Shown here piece after piece: positions 1 to 9,788 of a stretch of DNA of 64,000 bases; the first letter of the stretch is position 1, and each line of letters begins with the position of its first letter. A program made the translations under genes and the position numbers. The notes beneath the pieces were generated by a model. The model worked only from the letters and a program-made list of their open reading frames with translations, ran no database searches and was not told the origin of the DNA. The stretch comes from a virus, in the IMG/VR virus record IMGVR_UViG_3300022891_000002, positions 1-64,000 of that record. The stretch is one strand, 5' to 3'.

Positions 1-269
1 TCCGGAGTAGTTTTGTACTTAATAGTTTGAGTAGTAATTCTTTCTGCATGACCTGAGTTAGTTACTTGAGATAATAAAGCTTCATCTTTTAGATAACTAT
101 TTACCATTTCAGCTATTTTTGGGTATGCCTTTCTATGTTGTTCTAGAAATTTTAGAGGTACTTTGTTTTGAGATACGTGTTCAAGGGTCACTTTACCTAC
201 TTCCCATTTCTTAAAGAATTTATTGTTTTCTACTAATTCTTCTAACTTTTGACGTTTTTCAGCATCCAT
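1..269 (-). CDS. hypothetical protein, runs off the left edge (partial)
   Basis: ATG at 269 preceded by GGAG; frame MDAEKRQKLEELVENNKFFKKW... stays open to position 1. Confidence 0.6.
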   Translation of the reverse strand, partial: MDAEKRQKLEELVENNKFFKKWEVGKVTLEHVSQNKVPLKFLEQHRKAYPKIAEMVNSYLKDEALLSQVTNSGHAERITTQTIKYKTTP

Positions 270-396
270 TATTGAATCTCCTATAACTAACTACTCAAAC
301 ATCCTCTCAGTTGCCCTTATTTGCTCGTTTAAGCCACTTTAGAATGAAAAGACAAGAGAAAGTCCTTCTTAAGGTTAAAGTTCCTCATAGAACAAT

Positions 397-600
397 TTAA
401 CCTCGTCTGTACGCAATATCTTCAGCGGGAATTCTATAGCTGTTCCACGCTACTCCTAAAAGCCCTTCATAAGATAGATTCCCATTGTAAACCATTCGTA
501 GTGCAAAAGGATGATTTTTATCTTTATCTGTGACTCCCTCCACATACCACCACTGACCCATAGAAATCTTACCTGCTACAAATCTAGCCATTAGATGCAC
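397..600 (-). CDS. hypothetical protein (start may be ATG at 591)
   Basis: ORF track; in leftward operon. Confidence 0.55.
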   Translation of the reverse strand: MHLMARFVAGKISMGQWWYVEGVTDKDKNHPFALRMVYNGNLSYEGLLGVAWNSYRIPAEDIAYRRG

Positions 601-608
601 CTTATAAA

Positions 609-959
609 TTAGTTAACAAACTCAATCTCATCTTCTGAAATGCCATAACCGTCTTTAGCTACTCTTAATAAAGCTTCTTTACCTAGAAGGTCTTCAAACT
701 CTCCTACAAAATCATTCTCATAATCTTCTTCTTTGATAGCAGAAATCTCGTAATTAAAACCTCTCCTATTCAAGTCTCTACACCAAACGCGAAATCTCCG
801 CTTACTCTTATCAACGTAATCCTGAATAATCTTTTCTACTAAATCATCTACTATTCCTTGACCTGTATAGTCGAAACTTTTTTGAGCTATCTCATTTAGC
901 TTATCGTACAAAACTTGAGAGATATTAATTGAGTCGTTTGCCCAATAATTTTCTGACAT
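609..959 (-). CDS. hypothetical protein, possible ribbon-helix-helix-like N-terminus
   Basis: ORF with GGAG RBS; SINISQVLYDKLNEIA pattern. Confidence 0.6.
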   Translation of the reverse strand: MSENYWANDSINISQVLYDKLNEIAQKSFDYTGQGIVDDLVEKIIQDYVDKSKRRFRVWCRDLNRRGFNYEISAIKEEDYENDFVGEFEDLLGKEALLRVAKDGYGISEDEIEFVN

Positions 960-969
960 TTCTTTCTCC

Positions 970-1347
970 TTAATTTTCCCACCATCGGACTGACATTATT
1001 CTGTCTACTGCTTCTTTAACAGCTTTAGGAGAGTCAACTCTATCATTAGCAATCCAACCATCCCAATACGCATCAACCCAACAATCAGAAATAGTTTCAT
1101 AGATATTGATATAAGTATTTCCAACGAAAGCTGAATTACCAGCTAAAGAGAACACTATATCGGCGAAGTCTCCTTTTATGTGTTGAGGAACTACAATTGT
1201 GTCATTCTTTGTCAGATTACCGAATCCTTTGTACGTTTTCCATATCTTAACGTTACTATCTCTTACTGGAACCATTCTTAAGTAATTAATCACCTCTTGA
1301 GGAATTTCAGGGTATTTAGTATTAGTAGATGTAGAGTAGGCAGGCAT
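970..1347 (-). CDS. hypothetical protein
   Basis: ORF abutting upstream gene, GGAGG RBS. Confidence 0.65.
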   Translation of the reverse strand: MPAYSTSTNTKYPEIPQEVINYLRMVPVRDSNVKIWKTYKGFGNLTKNDTIVVPQHIKGDFADIVFSLAGNSAFVGNTYINIYETISDCWVDAYWDGWIANDRVDSPKAVKEAVDRIMSVRWWEN

Positions 1348-1590
1348 CTAACTAACATCCTCCTTTACTACTAACTCTTCCCACTGAACTTTCTCTAATA
1401 GTTGATGAAGACTTTTAGTAGCTAATCCTACCACAATAGTAGAACTAAGTCCTAATTGTATTCTTACGTAGTCTTCTACTTCTTCTGCATTTAAACCAGT
1501 AACAGAACTTTCAGACTTAACTAACCAATCCTGAATGTGTTGTGTTTGCCAATTCATAGTTTTAATCCTCGTAAGGTTTGTAACTCTCAA
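1348..1590 (-). CDS. hypothetical protein (likely start ATG ~1557)
   Basis: ORF track; GAGG RBS before MNWQTQ. Confidence 0.55.
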   Translation of the reverse strand: MRVTNLTRIKTMNWQTQHIQDWLVKSESSVTGLNAEEVEDYVRIQLGLSSTIVVGLATKSLHQLLEKVQWEELVVKEDVS

Positions 1591-1843
1591 GCAAAGACTC
1601 TAAATCAAAAAGAATAACTTCTGCCCAATCAGGACTATCCTCTTTTACCCAGTCACGATAATCAGAACCATCATCTAGATAATCTCGATGAATAGCTGTT
1701 ACTTCAGAACTCTCATAAGAATTATAAACTCTTATCTTGTAATTCTTAGATTGAAGAAACAGTAGATAGTTGTGTTTGGCTTCTTCTATTTTGAATTGGA
1801 GAAATTTGAGTTCTGCTAATTCGTGTTCGTTCATAATATTCAA
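1562..1843 (-). CDS. hypothetical protein, paralog of 10967-11242
   Basis: IEEAKHNYLLFLQSKNY..SYE..AIH aligns with ITNAEIEFLQYLKNQGY..SYD..ATH. Confidence 0.6.
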   Translation of the reverse strand: MNIMNEHELAELKFLQFKIEEAKHNYLLFLQSKNYKIRVYNSYESSEVTAIHRDYLDDGSDYRDWVKEDSPDWAEVILFDLESLLESYKPYED

Positions 1844-2004
1844 TTCTTTTCAGAGTATTTTACTATAGATATCCACAATACTAGAACTACCTGGAAAATA
1901 ACTAAGGCAGGTATTGTTATATCTACTAAATCAGAGTTGGCGACTGGACATGAACAAGGGGTTGTATCTGGCATTTTTATTTCTCTTAATTGTTCAGTAG
2001 TCAT
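1840..2004 (-). CDS. small membrane protein, 54 aa (below ORF-track cutoff)
   Basis: AGGAG RBS, MTTEQLREIK...ITIPALVIFQVVLVLWISIV hydrophobic helix. Confidence 0.5.
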   Translation of the reverse strand: MTTEQLREIKMPDTTPCSCPVANSDLVDITIPALVIFQVVLVLWISIVKYSEKN

Positions 2005-2062
2005 GAAATTTCTCCTAAGTAAGTGAATAGAACTAGGTTAGTTACCTCCCTAGATATTGAAA

Positions 2063-2368
2063 CTATTTACTAGAAGATGATGTACTTGTAGATTTAAACA
2101 AGCAAGAAGACAGAAGACTCAACATTAGAGCCTCCATAAAACTAATTACTTTCAAACCAAAAATTGAAGGAACTACTGCATTCCATAAGAGCATAACAGG
2201 TAAAAAGAAGTAAGTAAAGAACCTAACAACAGCCCTAAAAATGTCAAACCTATCCAAGTTAAAGTTTCCATGATGTGTCTCTCCTAAGTTAGTTGTGCTA
2301 CTCGTCCTTTCCTTGCTCCCACGAGTCATGAGCAGTAGATTATTTGCAGATATAGTTAAAAAACTCAT
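2063..2368 (-). CDS. membrane protein
   Basis: two hydrophobic segments, LLWNAVVPSIFGLKVISFMEALML. Confidence 0.6.
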   Translation of the reverse strand: MSFLTISANNLLLMTRGSKERTSSTTNLGETHHGNFNLDRFDIFRAVVRFFTYFFLPVMLLWNAVVPSIFGLKVISFMEALMLSLLSSCLFKSTSTSSSSK

Positions 2369-2735
2369 CTACAATTTCTGGTTTTTCTTCTGTTGTAGTT
2401 TTAGATTTTAACCAACGGAAAGCTTCTGTCCAATCTAGTTTTTCTTCAGGGTCTAAACAGCTATGTATGTAGAAATTTCTTTTCTCACTAGAGATTACAA
2501 AAATGTCGTGAGGACTAATAAAATCAGCAGCGCTAACATGATTAACTCTCTGATTATAAGACGGAACAACTACAACACCTAACCTCTCTTTTCTTTTTAA
2601 CAGCTCAGGGATGACCACACAATTAACCACGTCATCTTCAAAATACTCAATTGTTCCATCATTAGCTTTCTTAAGCAGTTCGAGAGCATGAGTTTTCCCA
2701 GATTTAGCTTCACCAGTCAAAACAATTAATTTCAT
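2340..2735 (-). CDS. small P-loop-containing protein
   Basis: LIVLTGEAKSGKT Walker A at N-terminus. Confidence 0.6.
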   Translation of the reverse strand: MKLIVLTGEAKSGKTHALELLKKANDGTIEYFEDDVVNCVVIPELLKRKERLGVVVVPSYNQRVNHVSAADFISPHDIFVISSEKRNFYIHSCLDPEEKLDWTEAFRWLKSKTTTEEKPEIVDEFFNYICK

Positions 2736-2873
2736 GAGTTGAAGAAGTAAAGGGCAAACTATCTCTATTAGCGTTACCCACTAGCACTACGAGGAAGTTA
2801 GAGATATAGCTAGCATCCCTTTGCTAAATAAATAACAAAGGTTAAATCTTCTTCTAAAAAACGAACTTGTGAG

Positions 2874-3032
2874 TTAAATACTCTTAACTAATTGTTCTGG
2901 TCTTGTAATTCCTAATCCTCTTACATTGCTACTTACTATCAAACGATTAGCAGCAGAAATTGCCTCTGAGTATTCAACAAATTCTCGATATTTTCCTAGC
3001 AGTTCTATTTTGTATCTTGGCTCTCTTGACAT
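2874..3032 (-). CDS. small hypothetical protein, 52 aa (below ORF-track cutoff)
   Basis: AAGGAGG RBS then MSREPRYKIELLGKYREF... Confidence 0.55.
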   Translation of the reverse strand: MSREPRYKIELLGKYREFVEYSEAISAANRLIVSSNVRGLGITRPEQLVKSI

Positions 3033-3046
3033 AATTTCCTCCTTAG

Positions 3047-3349
3047 TTAAGAATCCAGTTCTGGTATAATTTGCATTTTCTGGGCTTCTTCATTCCACTG
3101 ATAGGCACAGTATCTACAAGGTTTACCGTACCTCCGAATATGAAAAACAAAAGCATTTGGCAGATGTTTTAGAATTTTCTCTAACGTTAGCTCATTAATT
3201 TCTCCTTCTACTGTTATTTTTCCACTTTCTTTGTCTTGGTAAAACCTACACGTCATCCTATTATAATCAAGCTTAAAACTGACAAAATCCACGGTTTCTT
3301 TGTTGGGAATATCTAAACAATTCCAAATAGTCTGAAGAGTTAAGTTCAT
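3047..3349 (-). CDS. hypothetical protein
   Basis: ORF track. Confidence 0.6.
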   Translation of the reverse strand: MNLTLQTIWNCLDIPNKETVDFVSFKLDYNRMTCRFYQDKESGKITVEGEINELTLEKILKHLPNAFVFHIRRYGKPCRYCAYQWNEEAQKMQIIPELDS

Positions 3350-3384
3350 GATAAAAATCCAAAATCTTGTTACGTACTGACACG

Positions 3385-3428
3385 AAAAAACCCCTATCTA
3401 TCAGAGATTGCTCTCGTCAAGATAAGGG
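3385..3428 (-). terminator. Rho-independent terminator
   Basis: CCCTTATCT..GAGAG-CAAT-CTCT..AGATAGGGG followed by TTTTTT on minus strand. Confidence 0.6.
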
Positions 3429-3455
3429 CTAGAAGGTCAAATTAGTCAGTAGAGC

Positions 3456-4376
3456 TTAGTAGAGTTCGTCAGTGGCTTTCTTTTTATAAATCTTGGCTTT
3501 TGGTTCTTCTTTTGGCTCAGGAGTAACTTCGGGTTTAGACTCCTCAACTATAGGTAAGGATGTATCGGGCAGAGGTTCGAGAGTAGTTACTTGTGATTCA
3601 GTCTCTTGTACTGGTTTTTGAGCTTCGAGGATTGATTCTTCTGGTACTATATCAACGATTGGTTCTGTTTCTTTATTTTCCTCAATTGGTCGAGTAAGTG
3701 TAGTCGGTTCAACAGCAGGAGAAAGTAGAGGACGGATAGGAAACAGTTTCTTAGCTCTTGGGGAACTGTTATGTAGCTTTGTAAGTAGAGTCAGGTATTT
3801 GTGAGCTACTACTTGTGAATCAACTCCGTCTTTAATAATCTGGATGTTACCTTTTGCATCTACTTTATCACGGCTAGTTAAGTAAGCAAAGAAGAGAAGT
3901 AGAGCATTGACAAACTCTGAGGTATAAGTAGAGTCACTTACCTGGTTTTCCAAATACTCCTCAAAACGCTTAGATTGCAGCCATTTCTTAAATAGTCCTG
4001 ATACTGTTTCTGCTACAATGTGACCTCCAAAAGTAGGGTCTGTAGGGATGATAATGTGCATTTTTGGTTTTTTCCAGATAGCAGCAGGTTCAAAATTTAC
4101 TCCTGTCTTGGTAAACTCAAAAGTTGCTACGACATCCTCATTCATTAGTAGAGAAAGAATCTGCTTATCTTCTCCTTCTGACCTTGTAACTTGTAGATAC
4201 TCTTCAGGTACTTCTACTTTCTTTTTATCAGTACCTCTAACTTCCATCTTTTTCTTGTAAGACACTTCCCCTTTCTTGTTAGTAATGCTCTCACCCGGAA
4301 CATAGAAGAAAGTCAGTGTATCAGTAGCTTCAGTAACCCAAACGGCATCCAATTCTTCAAGATTTAAGCGTGACAT
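3456..4376 (-). CDS. hypothetical protein with Pro/Glu-rich disordered C-terminus
   Basis: 306-aa ORF, GAGG RBS. Confidence 0.75.
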   Translation of the reverse strand: MSRLNLEELDAVWVTEATDTLTFFYVPGESITNKKGEVSYKKKMEVRGTDKKKVEVPEEYLQVTRSEGEDKQILSLLMNEDVVATFEFTKTGVNFEPAAIWKKPKMHIIIPTDPTFGGHIVAETVSGLFKKWLQSKRFEEYLENQVSDSTYTSEFVNALLLFFAYLTSRDKVDAKGNIQIIKDGVDSQVVAHKYLTLLTKLHNSSPRAKKLFPIRPLLSPAVEPTTLTRPIEENKETEPIVDIVPEESILEAQKPVQETESQVTTLEPLPDTSLPIVEESKPEVTPEPKEEPKAKIYKKKATDELY

Positions 4377-4486
4377 AGTTACCTCTTTGTTGATTGTGTT
4401 AACTTCTACTAATATATACCCTTAACTCTGGGGCTTTAGTAGAAACAGCCGAGTAAATCACGACAAATACTCGACTTAGTAGAAAG

Positions 4487-7400
4487 TTAGTAGATTGCTT
4501 TACTTCTCTCTATTTCTAGACATCGACCGTGACAATCATGCAAGTTAGCAAGATGTTCCTTTATTGGTTGATAGGTTTTCTCACTATCCCAGCCAGATTT
4601 AATTTTCTCTAATGAGTCGTAGAGATAGTCAACGGATTTACCCAACCATGCCTCGATATTGCCTTTGTCTGAGTCTAGTAGAAGGTTAGTAAGCTGTAAC
4701 TTGATTCGATGTTCCCATTTCTCAACTTGATTGTCATAAATACAATCAGGAGTTAGAATCACCCCATTATCAAACCGAAAACCTACTGATTTGTACTCAT
4801 TAGCCTCTTTACAAACCTCAGCAAACCAATTAATAGTGTCTTGCCAAGCTTCTTTATCCTCTTCAAAGTTACCTGAGAGAATCTTTTTAGTCAAAACATG
4901 AACTAAAATCTCGGGGTCTGTGGCTTTACTAGATGAACCTCCTATTTTTATCCTTTGTAAGTCTTTTCTACACCAATTTGACCAATTCTCGGCAATTTGA
5001 ATGATTAAATGCTCTAAATCTTGAGTAGAAAGCACTTGATTAGTGGCTAAATATGTCAGTTTTCCAGCCTTTGTTTCCGAATTAGAGGAATAAGGTAGTA
5101 GATGCTTGACAAAACCTTTCTTAATCTCACTCCAACCTGATTTAGACTTCTCAAAACCAATGATTTCTGACACTTTTCTCTGTTGTCCTACCTTTCCATC
5201 TCCAACTAAAGTGTTAAAGTTGCGAGATAGAAAAATATTGACTAAGTGACGTAACTGGTTCTGAGCTTCTGCCACAAACCGACCATCTTTAGTCCTCAAA
5301 AACTTCTCAAATACACTCCTTTCTGCAAAGTTAGGGGTTCCGTTGACTTTAGTAGACACTTTCCCTCTGTTCTTCCCATCACTTACAGGCATTTTGACGG
5401 TAAGTAACTGAGTAACCTGTATTTTTCGGTTATGAAGTACATCAAAGTAGATTTTTTTACCCTCCTCTCTGATTTTTAGTTCTACTTCACTAAATTTTGC
5501 TGTTGCTTTTGGGTTTTTTGAGTCCACTCCCGCAAAGCTTTGATTGAACTTAGGATATAAGAAATCTCTTAACTCCTGTACCGTTGGTTTTTTAGAAGGG
5601 AACTGCTTTTGTAAGTTGTTAGGTAATCTACTTAACCAACGAACTGCACTGATAACTTGAGTTGCGGGTCTACTATGACTCATGTGGTCATCGAATAAGT
5701 AAGTAATCTTATCCTCATTGGTACTAACAAAGTAGACTTGAGCCAATATGTACCGACTAAAGTATTTATCAGTGATACTTGGGCGATAACTAGCTGATTT
5801 AATAGCCTGTTTCACTATCTCTGTACATTCAGCTATCACTTTTGGGTCTAGTTTCTCGTGATTGAGAACTGCTTTCCTTAACTTTTGTAGATTCGTGATT
5901 CTCCTACCTATCTTCTCAAGCTTTAAAGTATCCTGAGTTTTAGCAGACATCTCTTCTAATCTACTCATCTCCTTATCTAATGGGATGATAATCTGGTTGT
6001 CTAAGTCCTCTTGTTGCCAGTAACCTTCAATAGATTTAGCAGCAAGACAGTAAAGTAGAGGGTAACTAGGAATCTCCTGTATTGGTAATGCTTCTAGTTG
6101 CCAATGGTCGTGACTATTTACTAAGTTGACAATGCAAGGCACGTTACTCAAGAAACCTACCCATTCTAACGAGTTTTGAGCTACTAACTTGGCGTTACTT
6201 AAGTCACTTAGGCGCGCTTTTTTAACTGCCTTAACTTGAGTAGTAGAAGCTATAGCAAAATGTCCATCTTCATTCCTGAAGGATTCTTTTACCTTAATGT
6301 TTGGATGTTGAAAGCCGAGGAAGGTTACTGGTGCAGCTACAAATCTCAAGTCACTTATTTTGTTTCCATTCTGGTCTTTAGCTAAATTGTCCGTCGAGGT
6401 AATAGAGTCAGAAAGAACCCAGACACCAGAAGTCTTTTGATAGTGCTGTAGTTTTAACGTATTTCCATCAGGGTCAAGAGACTCAAATGTTACCATCTGG
6501 ATAGATAAGTCAGGAAATACGTACTTACCTGTAAAGTAGACCTTCTTAGTATCTTCACAGTCTCGAATAATTTCCTTACCTTCAATTGCTTCTACTAATG
6601 GCTCAATGTTGTGTAAGTTTCTATCTTCTGGAGATAAGTCACTGAAGTAATAGAACTTACCGCCATTTTGTACAGCAATCCTCCTTATTTCTCTTGAATG
6701 TTCTAATGTATCTGGATTGAAAAGGATGTAAGACTGAGCTAAGTAGATTGATTCTACTAATATAGGTGAGATGTTTTCGAGGCTTCCTAACTCCGGTACA
6801 GAATCTTTTCTTCTTCTTTCCTCAATGCTTCCTGCTCTATTAGTGATTCTAGACACATAAGCACTTAAGACATCTCTCTTAAAAGGTTTAAAAGTTGTCT
6901 CTAGCTTAGTTGTAGTTCTCAGATGAAAGTCACCTTCACATTCAATACTGCCCTTAATCGCATGAGCTTGTATTAACTCTTCTTTCCCCCACTTCTCAAT
7001 ATTTCTTAAGTGGTCGAACAATTCTTGAGAAAACTGTTTAACTCCTAACTTCTCTCTAATCTCCTCAGTATCTTCTAGAAAGCAATCAAGCAAGGTAACT
7101 TCTTTCTTTCGTGTTACTTCCCTAATCTCCCATTCATAACTTGGGTTTAGGTACAAAACTATAGAGTTGTGCTTAGTTTCTCTTAATTCCTGTTTAAAGT
7201 CAGAGAGTCGGTCAATAGCTACTAACCAAGGTTTGATTATTCCAAATAGCTCACTAGAGAACATATCCTCAACTAAGACTTTCTGAGTCAAACCTTCACT
7301 ATTGGTTCGAGCTATGTAGATATTGAGAGACTTGTTAGTAGAAGTTTTATTAAGTAACGTAGGTTGAGATATTACTTCAATAGGTCTGTCTGACATCTCT

Positions 7401-7840
7401 GCTACTTGTTCGATGACTTCCTCTACTTCTGTCTGACTAATAGATGTTGTACTGTCTTCTATTACGGAGAGGGTTAAGTCAATGTTAGTAGAGTTAATTA
7501 TCTCTTCTTCCTGTACTACTGAAACATTATCAGGTAAGTTTTCTGAAGTAGTAGGTACTTGTGAGACTGACAGACGTTGAGTAGTGCTATCCCACTCAGT
7601 AACTAGACTAACTCTCTCTTCCCCTACTTTATGATAGAAGGTAGCTAGGTCAAGGTTCTTAACTATGTACCTGACATCATTCCAAGCAACTGAGTTAAGT
7701 AGATGAAGGTTAATTCCCTCTAACTTACCTACATTAAAGTAGACATCCTCAACTGAACAAGGTAAAACGGGTAGATTAATTGCTCTGTTAATGACCTGAA
7801 TTGCTTCTGCTTTGTTTTGTGCTTTTAAGTTAGTAGTCAT
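4487..7840 (-). CDS. large hypothetical protein (1117 aa)
   Basis: long uninterrupted ORF; no motif recognised. Confidence 0.85.
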   Translation of the reverse strand: MTTNLKAQNKAEAIQVINRAINLPVLPCSVEDVYFNVGKLEGINLHLLNSVAWNDVRYIVKNLDLATFYHKVGEERVSLVTEWDSTTQRLSVSQVPTTSENLPDNVSVVQEEEIINSTNIDLTLSVIEDSTTSISQTEVEEVIEQVAEMSDRPIEVISQPTLLNKTSTNKSLNIYIARTNSEGLTQKVLVEDMFSSELFGIIKPWLVAIDRLSDFKQELRETKHNSIVLYLNPSYEWEIREVTRKKEVTLLDCFLEDTEEIREKLGVKQFSQELFDHLRNIEKWGKEELIQAHAIKGSIECEGDFHLRTTTKLETTFKPFKRDVLSAYVSRITNRAGSIEERRRKDSVPELGSLENISPILVESIYLAQSYILFNPDTLEHSREIRRIAVQNGGKFYYFSDLSPEDRNLHNIEPLVEAIEGKEIIRDCEDTKKVYFTGKYVFPDLSIQMVTFESLDPDGNTLKLQHYQKTSGVWVLSDSITSTDNLAKDQNGNKISDLRFVAAPVTFLGFQHPNIKVKESFRNEDGHFAIASTTQVKAVKKARLSDLSNAKLVAQNSLEWVGFLSNVPCIVNLVNSHDHWQLEALPIQEIPSYPLLYCLAAKSIEGYWQQEDLDNQIIIPLDKEMSRLEEMSAKTQDTLKLEKIGRRITNLQKLRKAVLNHEKLDPKVIAECTEIVKQAIKSASYRPSITDKYFSRYILAQVYFVSTNEDKITYLFDDHMSHSRPATQVISAVRWLSRLPNNLQKQFPSKKPTVQELRDFLYPKFNQSFAGVDSKNPKATAKFSEVELKIREEGKKIYFDVLHNRKIQVTQLLTVKMPVSDGKNRGKVSTKVNGTPNFAERSVFEKFLRTKDGRFVAEAQNQLRHLVNIFLSRNFNTLVGDGKVGQQRKVSEIIGFEKSKSGWSEIKKGFVKHLLPYSSNSETKAGKLTYLATNQVLSTQDLEHLIIQIAENWSNWCRKDLQRIKIGGSSSKATDPEILVHVLTKKILSGNFEEDKEAWQDTINWFAEVCKEANEYKSVGFRFDNGVILTPDCIYDNQVEKWEHRIKLQLTNLLLDSDKGNIEAWLGKSVDYLYDSLEKIKSGWDSEKTYQPIKEHLANLHDCHGRCLEIERSKAIY

Positions 7841-7880
7841 GGTAACGTAAACCCTATTGATAAAGGAGCATAGGGCAAAT

Positions 7881-7933
7881 CTCAGCTAGGGAGTTAAACC
7901 CTAGATTGAACCTATTACAGTTCTCCTTCTGAG
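7881..7933 (-). ncRNA. tRNA-like element (acceptor-like stem plus T-arm, no anticodon arm)
   Basis: minus: CTCAG...CTAGGG-TTTAACT-CCCTAG-CTGAG; starts immediately after the stop of 7934-8131. Confidence 0.55.
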
Positions 7934-8131
7934 TTAGTTATCTCGGAGTTGAGTATGAAATATCTCAAGCAAGCCGTTCTCTATGTAATCATTTATCTCT
8001 AACTCGCAGTTATTGAGTGTATTGTAAGAATGGATTAACATCTCCCAACTGTACTGTAGAAAGTCATTAATCCCTAGAGTAGAAAAGTAGTCAGTTAGAA
8101 GTGAAATACAGACTTCTTTTGCGATGTTCAT
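7934..8131 (-). CDS. small acidic hypothetical protein
   Basis: AGGAG RBS. Confidence 0.6.
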   Translation of the reverse strand: MNIAKEVCISLLTDYFSTLGINDFLQYSWEMLIHSYNTLNNCELEINDYIENGLLEIFHTQLRDN

Positions 8132-8226
8132 GTGATTCTCCTTAAGTTATTTACTGAAAATAGTCCGGTAAGAAGTCGAGTCAATGGGCGGATAGATTAC
8201 TTATTCATCCTCTTCAATTAGTTCCC

Positions 8227-8442
8227 TTAAAATCCTTGGTCTTGACTGTCTTCCCAAACCCCACCAACAGATATCAAAACAAACCTTGCACATTTATTGA
8301 GATATGCCTGATATTCTCTAGAGCGAAAGATAGCTACTTGAGATAGTCCGCAATAAGGGTAGATTCTCTGAGGTGTAGAACCTTTACTTTTGACGGCTGC
8401 TCTGGCATTTGAGTATATAATTTTCCAAAGCTGTTTATTCAT
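8227..8442 (-). CDS. hypothetical protein
   Basis: ORF in operon. Confidence 0.55.
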   Translation of the reverse strand: MNKQLWKIIYSNARAAVKSKGSTPQRIYPYCGLSQVAIFRSREYQAYLNKCARFVLISVGGVWEDSQDQGF

Positions 8443-8444
8443 TG

Positions 8445-8735
8445 TTAGTAGAGAGTGTACTTCATTACTAGAACAGGAATCCCTAGTAACTGTTTACCAG
8501 TCTTTTCGACTTCCTCTCCGTATTGCTCTTTCATTGCTTGTGATACAGCTTTCTCGGCAATCTTTAAAAAATCGAAACAAGACATTCTCCCAAAACCTTG
8601 TAATGGTAGACTATCAGAATGTTTAGTAGAATCTTCCCAGTATTCGGCTACTACTAATAACTCATTCTCTGCTGCAAAGAAATTACATTGATTAGTAGAG
8701 TAATGACCTTGATACCCCTTTATTGAGATAGTCAT
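8445..8735 (-). CDS. hypothetical protein
   Basis: GGAG RBS. Confidence 0.6.
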   Translation of the reverse strand: MTISIKGYQGHYSTNQCNFFAAENELLVVAEYWEDSTKHSDSLPLQGFGRMSCFDFLKIAEKAVSQAMKEQYGEEVEKTGKQLLGIPVLVMKYTLY

Positions 8736-8761
8736 GATTGTTTCTCCCTTGAGTAAATGAA

Positions 8762-9037
8762 CTAAGCGACTAGAGAAATAGTTCTGTCACATTCTACTAA
8801 CAAACTTAGTCTTTCTACGGTCTCAACTGTCTTCTGATAATCCTCACCTCCTAAGGAAAGGTAGTTATTATCTAAATCACAAATGATGTCCGTATAGTTC
8901 TGGTATTGACTAATCACTCCTAATACTAAATACTCATCACCAAAGACAGTGATATGAGAGTTGACAGATACTACTCGATAATCTCCTAAGAACTCAGGGG
9001 AATTCTTGACAACGTTCTTTACTAATCTATTATTCAT
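8762..9037 (-). CDS. hypothetical protein
   Basis: ORF in operon. Confidence 0.6.
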   Translation of the reverse strand: MNNRLVKNVVKNSPEFLGDYRVVSVNSHITVFGDEYLVLGVISQYQNYTDIICDLDNNYLSLGGEDYQKTVETVERLSLLVECDRTISLVA

Positions 9038-9124
9038 GGTAAGTAACTAGAGTGAAAAACAAATCTCTAGTAAAAGCTACTAAAGGAATAGAAAATGTTA
9101 TACTAGAGTTTTATCCCTACAATA

Positions 9125-9751
9125 ATGAGAAAAATAGCTCTAGTAACCTGTAAATGCTGTGAAAAAATCGTAGAACGAGACTTATCTAGATACAACCGAG
9201 ATGTTAGTAGAGGTCAAAAGAATTGGTACTGTTCTAGATACTGTCTTTTTCATGGTAAAAGTATAGAAATAGATTGTACTCAATGCGGTAAAACAGTTAG
9301 ACGGGTTAATACTCAAGCTATTAGGTCTAAAAATGCTTTCTGCTCTAGAAGTTGTGCTGCTATCTACAATAATGCACATAAGACAAAAGGCACTACCCGG
9401 TCTAAACTAGAAAAATATCTAGAAGAACAACTTACTCTACTCTTTCCTGACCTAGAAATATTATTTAACTGCAAAGATGTTATTAACTCTGAGTTAGACA
9501 TCTATATTCCTAAGTTTAAATTAGCTATTGAGTTGAATGGTATCTGTCACTACAAACCTATCTATGGAGAGAAGAAACTAAAAGAGATTCAGGCTAATGA
9601 CTTTCGCAAAATAGAGATGTGTACTAAGCACTTAATTACCTTAGTCACTGTAAATACTACTGCTCAGGGTCAGTGGAGCAGTGAATCTTCTAAAGAATTC
9701 CTCATCTCCATAAAAGAGCTACTAAACAGCTATACTCTACTACCTGACTAA
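9125..9751 (+). CDS. free-standing zinc-ribbon plus PD-(D/E)XK/Vsr-like endonuclease (putative homing endonuclease)
   Basis: repeated CxxC and YCSRYC/FCSRSC zinc motifs, then SKLE...ELDIYIPKFKLAIELNGICHY; inverted relative to the operon, with own TGTTATACT extended -10 at ~9096-9104. Confidence 0.75.
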   Translation: MRKIALVTCKCCEKIVERDLSRYNRDVSRGQKNWYCSRYCLFHGKSIEIDCTQCGKTVRRVNTQAIRSKNAFCSRSCAAIYNNAHKTKGTTRSKLEKYLEEQLTLLFPDLEILFNCKDVINSELDIYIPKFKLAIELNGICHYKPIYGEKKLKEIQANDFRKIEMCTKHLITLVTVNTTAQGQWSSESSKEFLISIKELLNSYTLLPD

Positions 9752-9788
9752 AAGACAGAACTAATTATCTGTAGTAGCGGGTTGAATT

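Noticed and set aside
4487-7840. Phage RNA polymerase
   Set aside because: No DxDGD or T7-type catalytic motifs found by eye
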